Shown piece after piece: positions 56,805 through 64,000 of a stretch of 64,000 nucleotides of DNA. Source of the DNA: an uncultured Candidatus Saccharibacteria bacterium (lineage in GTDB: Bacteria > Patescibacteriota > Minisyncoccia > Phycocordibacterales > DSPV01); NCBI GenBank assembly GCA_964574355.1, contig CAZNMD010000003.1, positions 5,316 to 69,315 of the forward strand. Reading direction: 5' to 3'. Position numbers and translations under genes: made by a program. How positions within the stretch are numbered: the first letter of the stretch is position 1; each line of letters starts with the position of its first letter. The notes below the pieces were generated by a model. It was not told the origin of the DNA and did no database searches. It saw only the letters and a program-made list of their open reading frames with translations.

Positions 56805-58352
56805 ATGCTAGAACGCAAGAAAAAGCCGTGGGAGAGAGAAAAACTTGATTTTACGGGTCTCTTTACCTTTGAATTGGCTAATAATCATGGTGGTTCGGTT
56901 GAACATGGCCGACGAATAATCAGGGAAGTTGGTACGGTGGCAAAAAAGGCAGGTATTAAGGCGGCGTTTAAATTTCAGTTTCGTGACTTAGATACCTTTA
57001 TTCATCCTGATTACCGAAACGATAGAAACAACAAACACATAGCTCGTTTCCTTGGTACAGCATTATCAAAGAAGCAATTTAAAGAACTTGTGGAAGAGGT
57101 TCGTGCGAATGGTTTTTATACGATGGCAACGCCGTTTGACGAGAAATCGGTTGAACTGATTGAAGAGCTTGATATTGATATTGCAAAAGTGGCTTCTTGT
57201 TCGGCGAAGGATTGGCCTCTCTTAGAACGTATTATTGAGGCCGGTAAACCAATCATTGCCTCAACTGGCGGGCTGACCCTTGAGGAAATTGATAATCTTG
57301 TTTCATTTCTTGATCATAAATATGCACATTTTGCGATTATGCACTGTGTTTCTATTTATCCAACTCCTGTTGAAAAACTTGAATTAAATCAGATACAGTT
57401 GCTGTGTCGACGTTACCCAGGAGTTGCGATTGGTTTTTCAACCCATGAGAGTCCTGATAACTACGAGGCAATTCAAGTTGCGTATACAAAAGGAGCTACT
57501 ATTTTTGAAAGACATGTTGGTATTCCAACAGAAACAGTCCCTCTAAATAAATATTCTTCAACTCCTGATCAGGTGGGGAAATGGATTGATTCATATAAAC
57601 GAGCAGTTGCTTCAGTTGGCAGTAGTGAACGGGGTGAGCCTGATCCAGATGAGGTTCGTGATTTAAAATCGTTGATGCGGGGCGTCTTTGCAAAACGAGA
57701 TATTCGTCCCGGTGAAGAGATTCAAAAAGAAGATGTGTTTTTTGCAATTCCTCTTATGCCTGGGCAAATGACTTCTGGTGAATGGAAGCCGGGATTTATT
57801 GCTTCGAGCGCTCTTACTCGAGGTGCGCCATTACCAGCATCAATGTCTGTTGGTAGAAAAGAAAAAGGGCAGTATGTCTATCGTATCGTACATGAAGTAA
57901 AAGGATTTCTTCGTGAGGCCGGTATACCAGTTGTTCCAAGTATGGACGTAGAACTTTCTCATCATTACGGTATCGAACATTTTAGAGAGGTTGGTGCAAC
58001 GATTATTGATTGTATTAATCGTGATTATTGCAAAAAAATTATTGTTGTGTTGCCGGGCCAGAGGCATCCTTATCATCATCACAAAAAGAAAGAAGAAACT
58101 TTTCACGTGCTTTCAGGAGAGTTGATAATAGAAATAGAGGGTAGGGAAAAAATACTTGTTCCTGGTGATATTCAGGTGGTTGAACGAGGAATTCGACATT
58201 CTTTTTGGTCAAAGAAAGGTGTTGTGTTTGAAGAGGTTTCAACTACACACTTTAATAACGATTCAATTTATGAGGATCCAGCTATAAACAAGATGGCTCG
58301 GGAGGAGCGTAAGACAAAACTTGTTAATTGGGGAAGGCACCAATTTGAATAA
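56805..58352 (+). CDS. Sialic-acid-synthase-like protein (NeuB TIM barrel + SAF domain) fused to a C-terminal cupin domain.
   Basis: …ELANNHGGSVEHGRRII… NeuB. …PGEEIQKEDVFFAIP… SAF. …PYHHHKKKEETFHVLSGELIIEIEG… cupin. Confidence 0.75.
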   Translation: MLERKKKPWEREKLDFTGLFTFELANNHGGSVEHGRRIIREVGTVAKKAGIKAAFKFQFRDLDTFIHPDYRNDRNNKHIARFLGTALSKKQFKELVEEVRANGFYTMATPFDEKSVELIEELDIDIAKVASCSAKDWPLLERIIEAGKPIIASTGGLTLEEIDNLVSFLDHKYAHFAIMHCVSIYPTPVEKLELNQIQLLCRRYPGVAIGFSTHESPDNYEAIQVAYTKGATIFERHVGIPTETVPLNKYSSTPDQVGKWIDSYKRAVASVGSSERGEPDPDEVRDLKSLMRGVFAKRDIRPGEEIQKEDVFFAIPLMPGQMTSGEWKPGFIASSALTRGAPLPASMSVGRKEKGQYVYRIVHEVKGFLREAGIPVVPSMDVELSHHYGIEHFREVGATIIDCINRDYCKKIIVVLPGQRHPYHHHKKKEETFHVLSGELIIEIEGREKILVPGDIQVVERGIRHSFWSKKGVVFEEVSTTHFNNDSIYEDPAINKMAREERKTKLVNWGRHQFE

Positions 58353-58437
58353 AAACTGACTTTTGTTGAGTCATTGCTAGCGTTGGGTCCGTTGGTCTGT
58401 TACGATAAGAGGCGTTAATTCAATCGTAATAAAAGGG

Positions 58438-60879
58438 ATGAAAACTAATTTTTACTTAAAGACGGCTATTATCGGTGGGCTTTTTGCTGTTCCATTTGTT
58501 CCTCTCATTATTGCACCGTCACTTTTCTTTCCGTTTATTGCGGGTAAGGGCTTTGCTTTTCGTATTCTTGTTGAAATTATTTTTGCTCTCTGGCTCATTC
58601 TCGCACTTCGAGACCCTGAGTATCGTCCCCGCATGTCGCATCTTTTGACACTCACGTCTCTTTTTGTGGGCATTATTTTGCTCGCTGATATTTTTGGAGT
58701 TGCTCCGTATAAAAGTCTTTGGTCAAATTTTGAACGCATGGAAGGTTTTGTTTCTCTCCTCCATCACTTCTTGTATTTTATTGTTGCGGGTGCCATTCTC
58801 TCCACGGAACGTCTCTGGTCGCTATTCTTTCACACTTCAGTAGGGGTTTCGCTTTTTGTTGGTTTTTATTCAACGCTTCAATTGTTGGGTGAATTAGTTA
58901 TTAATCAGGGTGGTGTGCGTGTCGATGGGACATTTGGAAACGCTGCGTATCTTGCGGCATACTTGCTCATTCATATTTTTATTCTGTGCTTCTTTTTGTC
59001 GCGCGATCGTTTGTCTCGATCAGGTGATGTCCTTATCTCCGTTGCCCTTGGTTCTGTTTCGTTTTTAATTTATTACGGAATTCACATTGCGCGTTTGGGG
59101 ACTAGTGTTGTTCAAAATGCTGGAGCGTCGGTATTGGTTGTTGCTTTACTCCTTCTTACTGCATCTCTTTCAATTTATGCAACAAGCCGGCGGGCAATCT
59201 GGTATATTCGTTTTGGCGAGCCGATCGTCTATTCTCTGTCGATACTTTTTCTTGGTATTATTTTGGTGTATACCGCGACCCGCGGAGCAATTCTTGGACT
59301 TCTTGGGGGCGCCCTCTTGACCGCTCTTTTAGTTGTTTTGTTTGAGCGTGAGAACAAAACGGCGAGACGTGTTGGAATTGCCGCCCTTGTTGGTGTTGTT
59401 ATGGTTGTTGGAGCATTTTTTGTCCTTAAAGATTCGACCGTTGTTCGTGATCATCCAGTTTTGTCTCGTCTTGCTTCGATTAGTTTATCTGAAGGAACGC
59501 CACGTTTTACTATTTGGAATATCGGTTGGCAAGGTTTTCTAGAGAGACCGATTTTGGGATGGGGACAAGAAAATTTCAATTATTCTTTCAACACCCATTA
59601 CCATCCACGAATGTATGGCCAAGAGCAGTGGTTTGATCGGGCTCACAATATTTTCTTTGATTGGTTAACTGCGGGGGGTGTTTTGGGAATTCTCTCGTAC
59701 TTATCTTTATATGGTGCAGCCCTCTGGCTTATTTGGAAGCGAGATTTTAAAAAAGGTTGGCTCTCTCGGTTGATGGGGAAGATTCATTCTGTTCCTGATA
59801 ATAGTTTTTCAGTCACTGAACGGGCATTGTTAACGGGACTCCTGGCCGCGTATTTGTTTCAAAACATGTTTGTGTTCGATAACATCGTAACGTATATTTT
59901 GTTCTTTACGATTCTTGCATATATTCACGCTACACACAGTTCTCCTCTTTCTGATGTGTGGCAGAAAAGAATTTCTTTTGATCTTGGTTTTGTGAATAAA
60001 GTTCTTGCTCCGCTTATCGTCGTTATTCTTTTTGCGGGTATATACGTTATTAATATTAGACCCATTCAGGCCGGTTCAACCTTGATTCAAGGATTACGAA
60101 AGCAACAAGAGGGTGATCTTGATACTACCTATGCTAAATACCAAGAAGTTTTTGCCCTTAAGACGTTTGCTGATAGTGAGGCACGTGAACAGTTGATTCA
60201 AACAGCAATCAATGTTTCTAATAGTCCGAGTGTTGATGTAACGACCAAACAAAAGTTTTTAACTTTGGCAAAATCTGAACTTGAAAAACAGCTTGTTCGA
60301 ACTCCCAACGATGCTCGTTACGTCCTCTTTTTTGGATATCTTCTCAATAGGACAAATCAACCAAAAGAAGCACTTACGTATTTGAACAGGGCCGTTGATT
60401 TGTCTCCAAAAAAACAAACAATGTATTTCGAGCTCGGTAGTGCGTATCTTTCTGCAGGTTTGACGACGGAGGCGTATGAAACATTCAAGACTGCGTATGA
60501 ATTTGAGCCAAAATATAAAGATGCTGCTGTATTTTTTGCACTCGGTGCTATGTACAATGGGAAAAAGACTGAAGCGGTTACTGCGCTGAATCAAACGTAT
60601 GGAACCACAACGGTAAGCGATGATCGGTTGGTGAAAGCTTTTTTTGAGAAGCAAGAATGGGGCTTGTTGATGCCTATTCTTCTTTCAAGGGTTGCTTCAA
60701 GTCCAACAAATGATCAATACAGAATTAATTTAGCCGCAGCGTATCTTCAGATGAAACAGCCCCAAAAGGCAATTCAAGAACTTACCATTTTACGTGGTTT
60801 TGAAAGTGTGGATGCGGAAGGTAAGGCAATGATTGATCAATGGATTGCTGATATTAAGGCCGGACGAAACCCTCAGTAA
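58438..60879 (+). CDS. O-antigen-ligase (Wzy_C)-like polytopic membrane protein with a C-terminal TPR-repeat domain.
   Basis: About 12 TM helices in the first ~500 aa. TPR-like repeats occupy the last ~250 aa. Confidence 0.55.
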   Translation: MKTNFYLKTAIIGGLFAVPFVPLIIAPSLFFPFIAGKGFAFRILVEIIFALWLILALRDPEYRPRMSHLLTLTSLFVGIILLADIFGVAPYKSLWSNFERMEGFVSLLHHFLYFIVAGAILSTERLWSLFFHTSVGVSLFVGFYSTLQLLGELVINQGGVRVDGTFGNAAYLAAYLLIHIFILCFFLSRDRLSRSGDVLISVALGSVSFLIYYGIHIARLGTSVVQNAGASVLVVALLLLTASLSIYATSRRAIWYIRFGEPIVYSLSILFLGIILVYTATRGAILGLLGGALLTALLVVLFERENKTARRVGIAALVGVVMVVGAFFVLKDSTVVRDHPVLSRLASISLSEGTPRFTIWNIGWQGFLERPILGWGQENFNYSFNTHYHPRMYGQEQWFDRAHNIFFDWLTAGGVLGILSYLSLYGAALWLIWKRDFKKGWLSRLMGKIHSVPDNSFSVTERALLTGLLAAYLFQNMFVFDNIVTYILFFTILAYIHATHSSPLSDVWQKRISFDLGFVNKVLAPLIVVILFAGIYVINIRPIQAGSTLIQGLRKQQEGDLDTTYAKYQEVFALKTFADSEAREQLIQTAINVSNSPSVDVTTKQKFLTLAKSELEKQLVRTPNDARYVLFFGYLLNRTNQPKEALTYLNRAVDLSPKKQTMYFELGSAYLSAGLTTEAYETFKTAYEFEPKYKDAAVFFALGAMYNGKKTEAVTALNQTYGTTTVSDDRLVKAFFEKQEWGLLMPILLSRVASSPTNDQYRINLAAAYLQMKQPQKAIQELTILRGFESVDAEGKAMIDQWIADIKAGRNPQ

Positions 60880-60905
60880 GGCATAGTTGGTTTAGTTCGT
60901 TCTAT

Positions 60906-60940
60906 ACACATCCCACTATGTTCTGGTGGGATGTGTTTTA
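60906..60940 (+). terminator. Rho-independent terminator.
   Basis: ACACATCCCAC-tatgttctg-GTGGGATGTGT followed by TTTA. Confidence 0.7.
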
Positions 60941-61025
60941 TAACAAGTTGCCTCTTTTTTCTGCAGAGGTAGTATGAGGTGATATGTTGTTCAAATAATG
61001 TGTGGTTGCTCTAAAACATAAGGGT

Positions 61026-62054
61026 ATGCTTTCAATCCAAGAAAACAATTTACTTTCGACATATACCACATTTAAAACAGGGGGGCCGGCTCGTTTTTTC
61101 GCGGAAGTATCAAATGATACGGAAATGGTCTCTGCGATTTCCTTTGCTCGTAAACGAGACCTTCCTGTTTTCTTTTTGGGTAGTGGTAGTAATAGCTTGG
61201 TGAGCGATCGAGGTTTTTTGGGGTTGGTTATAAAAGTGATGTATCGAGGTGTGTCATGTGAACCAATTTCTGATTCCCGTATAAGGCTTTTGGTTGGAGC
61301 CGGAGAAGTATGGGATGATGTCGTTTCTTTTTCTGTGAAAAAAGGATTATGGGGAATTGAAAATTTGTCTGGTATTCCTGGTACTGTGGGCGGGGCAGTT
61401 GTTGGGAATATTGGTGCATATGGAGAAGAGGTTAAAGATACGCTCGATTTTGTTACAACATATGATTGTCTAACGGGAGAAGAAAAGATTTTTTCTGCTA
61501 ATGAGATTTCACTTTCCTACCGTTCAAGTTTTTTTAAATCAAAAGAAGGTAGACGGTATGTTGTTGTTTCGGCCGCGTTTCAGTTATCTACAAAAGGTAA
61601 ACCATCTATTGAATATAAAGATCTCGCACTCTATTTTAGAGAGAAAACTCCTTCCTCTATAGAGGAAGTACGTGAGGCTGTTCTTTCGATACGAGCGGCA
61701 AAATTACCTGATTGGCGCCAGGTTCCAACAGTTGGTTCTTATTTTAAGAATCCTCGCGTCACGAGTAGTGTGTACGAAACATTAAAAGTACGTTTTCCTG
61801 AGATTCCACCGGCTCGAAATGAAGAGGGTGTGGTAAAAATTTCCGCAGCATGGCTTTTAGATAAAGTTTGCGGGTTAAAAGGTTTTACTCTTGGAAATGT
61901 TTCTACACATGATCGCCAGGCTTTAGTTGTGATTACAAACGGAAAAGCAACGTCGAAAGAAATTTTTATGTTTGGGGAAATGATATCAAAAAAAGTTTTT
62001 GATGCGACTGGTATTATTCTCGAAAGAGAAGTTGAATTGATTGGAGATTTTTAA
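61026..62054 (+). CDS. murB: UDP-N-acetylenolpyruvoylglucosamine reductase.
   Basis: …FKTGGPARFFAEV…PVFFLGSGSNSLVSD… FAD-binding region. The ORF track starts at 61002; MLSIQ… at 61026 is also possible. Confidence 0.85.
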   Translation: MLSIQENNLLSTYTTFKTGGPARFFAEVSNDTEMVSAISFARKRDLPVFFLGSGSNSLVSDRGFLGLVIKVMYRGVSCEPISDSRIRLLVGAGEVWDDVVSFSVKKGLWGIENLSGIPGTVGGAVVGNIGAYGEEVKDTLDFVTTYDCLTGEEKIFSANEISLSYRSSFFKSKEGRRYVVVSAAFQLSTKGKPSIEYKDLALYFREKTPSSIEEVREAVLSIRAAKLPDWRQVPTVGSYFKNPRVTSSVYETLKVRFPEIPPARNEEGVVKISAAWLLDKVCGLKGFTLGNVSTHDRQALVVITNGKATSKEIFMFGEMISKKVFDATGIILEREVELIGDF

Positions 62055-62230
62055 AAAAATAATTTTTTTAAAAGTTTTCCACATTTTAAAATAAAAAATG
62101 TAGTATTACGTTTGAATTGGGCGCATACTAATAACAGTGAATGTTACTTCGCTTCGCTTTGTGCGAATTGGTCGAGAAGTCATTCTCCTATTGTTAGATT
62201 AATTTGTGCATGCTCTTGATGCACCAATCT

Positions 62231-62308
62231 TATGGCAAAAAAGAAAGCTCGAAAGGCAAAGAAAACAACGAAGGCTTCAAAAAAGCGAAAGACAAAGAAG
62301 CGCCGATA
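62231..62308 (+). CDS. Possible tiny, extremely basic peptide (MAKKKARKAKKTTKASKKRKTKKRR, 25 aa).
   Basis: ATG-initiated ORF followed at 62319..62354 by a hairpin and T-run. It is too short for the ORF track. Coding status is uncertain. Confidence 0.25.
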
Positions 62309-62318
62309 ATGTATTTCA

Positions 62319-62354
62319 AAAAAGTGGTTCATCGTGAGCCACTTTTTTGTTTTT
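62319..62354 (+). terminator. Terminator-like hairpin.
   Basis: AAAAGTGG-ttcatcgtgag-CCACTTTT followed by TTGTTTT. Confidence 0.5.
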
Positions 62355-62445
62355 AAGACTGTGTATGCCCTTGTTAGCTCACTAAAAAAAGATCATATTG
62401 TCTCCTGGTGTTGGCTGCTTATAAAATGGTATGATAGTCCAACTT

Positions 62446-64000
62446 ATGCTAGCCCTGTTTGAAAAATTGTTTGGCAATGATGCAGCAAAACGGATTAAGG
62501 AAATAGAGCCGATTGTTCAACGTATTAATGCTCTTGAGCCAGAAATGCAGGGTATGTCTGATACCGATTTTTTCTCTAAAACTGCTCAATTGAAAGAGCG
62601 TCTCACTCAAGGAGAAACACTTGATGATATTTTACCCGAAGCATTTGCGTTGGTTCGAGAAGCTGCAAAAAGAGAGCTTGGTGAGCGTCATTACGATGTT
62701 CAGCTTATTGGAGGAGTAGTACTCCATCGTCGTGGTATCGCTGAGATGCGTACAGGTGAAGGTAAAACTCTTGTTGGAACGTTACCGGTTTATTTAAACG
62801 CACTTACGGGGCGGGGTGTTCATGTTGTTACTGTAAATGATTATCTTTCTCGACGTGATGCTGTGTGGATGGGTCAGGTGTATGCAAAGCTCGGTTTATC
62901 GGTTGGAGTTGTTAATCACGAGGCATCGTTTTTGTATGATCGTACGCATAGTGAAAAAGATAAAGAACGTGATGAGAAGGGTTCGTTCCATGTCGTGCAT
63001 GAGTTTTTGAGACCAGTGACGCGACGAGAGGCGTACGAAGCAGATATTACTTATGGGACGAACAATGAATTTGGTTTTGACTATCTTCGCGACAATCTTG
63101 AACGTGAAGCAAAAAATCTTCGTCAGCGTCCATTTTATTTTGCGATCGTTGATGAGGTCGACAGTATTTTGATTGATGAGGCTCGTACACCATTGATTAT
63201 TTCTGGTCCTACGGCAGAATCAGAAAGTTTATATAAAAAATTTGCAGGTATTGCGGCCGGTCTTACGGAAGAAGTTGATTACACTGTTGATTTAAAACAG
63301 CAAGCTATTTCACTTACTGAGGCGGGTATTGATAAAGTTGAAAAAGAATTACAGATAGAAAATTTGTATACAGAAGGTGGTGTAAAATCTGTGCACCATT
63401 TAGAAACAGCTGTTCGGGCCAAGGCGTTGTTCCATAAAGATAAAGAATATGTTGTACGTGATGGAAAAGTAATTATTGTTGATCAGTTCACTGGGCGTAT
63501 GCAACCTGGACGACGTTGGTCTGAAGGGCTCCATCAAGCAATTGAAGCTAAAGAGGGTGTTGAACTAGAACGAGAGAGTAGGACGTATGCATCAGTCACG
63601 TACCAAAATTATTTTAAATTGTATGAAAAATTAGCTGGCATGACTGGTACGGCATATACTAGTCGCGAAGAGTTTGCAAAGGTATATGGGCTTGATGTAG
63701 TTCCAATTCCGACAAATAAAAAGATTTCTCGTATTGATCACGAAGATTTAATTTTTCAAACTGAACACGGAAAGTTTTTAGCTACAGCGAAGCGAGTTAA
63801 AGAGTTGCATGAAAAGGGTCAACCGGTCTTGATCGGTACAGTTTCAATTGAAAAAAACGAGCTTTTATCAAAATATCTTGAAGCTGATGGTATCCCTCAT
63901 CAGGTATTGAATGCAAAAAACCACGAACGTGAAGGAGAAATTATTGCTCAGGCTGGCAAGAAAGGTGCTGTGACTATTGCAACCAATATGGCTGGTCGTG
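62446..64000 (+). CDS. secA: Preprotein translocase ATPase SecA, 3'-partial (it runs off the window end).
   Basis: [19 protein letters not shown]…[24 protein letters not shown]…. DEAD-motor motifs. The reading frame is open to nt 64000. Confidence 0.9.
   Translation, partial: MLALFEKLFGNDAAKRIKEIEPIVQRINALEPEMQGMSDTDFFSKTAQLKERLTQGETLDDILPEAFALVREAAKRELGERHYDVQLIGGVVLHRRGIAEMRTGEGKTLVGTLPVYLNALTGRGVHVVTVNDYLSRRDAVWMGQVYAKLGLSVGVVNHEASFLYDRTHSEKDKERDEKGSFHVVHEFLRPVTRREAYEADITYGTNNEFGFDYLRDNLEREAKNLRQRPFYFAIVDEVDSILIDEARTPLIISGPTAESESLYKKFAGIAAGLTEEVDYTVDLKQQAISLTEAGIDKVEKELQIENLYTEGGVKSVHHLETAVRAKALFHKDKEYVVRDGKVIIVDQFTGRMQPGRRWSEGLHQAIEAKEGVELERESRTYASVTYQNYFKLYEKLAGMTGTAYTSREEFAKVYGLDVVPIPTNKKISRIDHEDLIFQTEHGKFLATAKRVKELHEKGQPVLIGTVSIEKNELLSKYLEADGIPHQVLNAKNHEREGEIIAQAGKKGAVTIATNMAGR

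Overview
This is a low-GC (about 40% by eye) bacterial fragment, gene-dense, with mostly '+' strand coding. The gene content suggests a small-genome Candidate Phyla Radiation / Parcubacteria-like organism: a giant multidomain surface protein, a lamin-tail-domain protein, many glycosyltransferases, and murB/murC/murD scattered rather than clustered. That placement is inference, not measured.

Contents from 5' to 3':
- A 5'-truncated gene for a cell-wall-anchored surface protein of more than 1,750 aa.
- Housekeeping genes ppsA, murD, a FliA-family sigma factor, murC and rsmI.
- A soluble FtsK/TraD/VirD4-like ATPase translationally coupled to a secreted, membrane-anchored lamin-tail/PKD protein.
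- A polysaccharide deacetylase and an unusual ATP-grasp–LMW-PTP fusion.
- A surface-glycan / protein-glycosylation locus of about 32 kb (26.8–60.9 kb). It holds at least 7 GT4 genes, two GT2 genes, a GT-C (ArnT-like) gene, an exostosin-like gene, a GDP-fucose pathway (gmd, fcl), a DegT aminotransferase, a CMP-nonulosonic-acid module (NeuB-SAF-cupin, NeuA, a Gfo/Idh/MocA oxidoreductase, a HAD phosphatase), a Wzx-like flippase, an O-antigen-ligase-like protein with TPR repeats, AsnB and at least five methyltransferases.
- murB, a tiny lysine-rich ORF, and the 5' part of secA.

The most striking feature that ordinary annotation does not explain is a set of G+C-rich, self-contained monocistronic islands. 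Six are certain (at 8.0, 11.9, 22.0, 25.9, 38.5 and 56.1 kb) and a seventh is possible (17.0 kb). Most carry a near-consensus sigma-70 promoter and a strong intrinsic terminator. One is flanked by a perfect 36-bp direct repeat that duplicates the first 12 codons of the downstream glycosyltransferase gene. All coordinates and motifs were read by eye from the sequence. No database searches or GC calculations were run.
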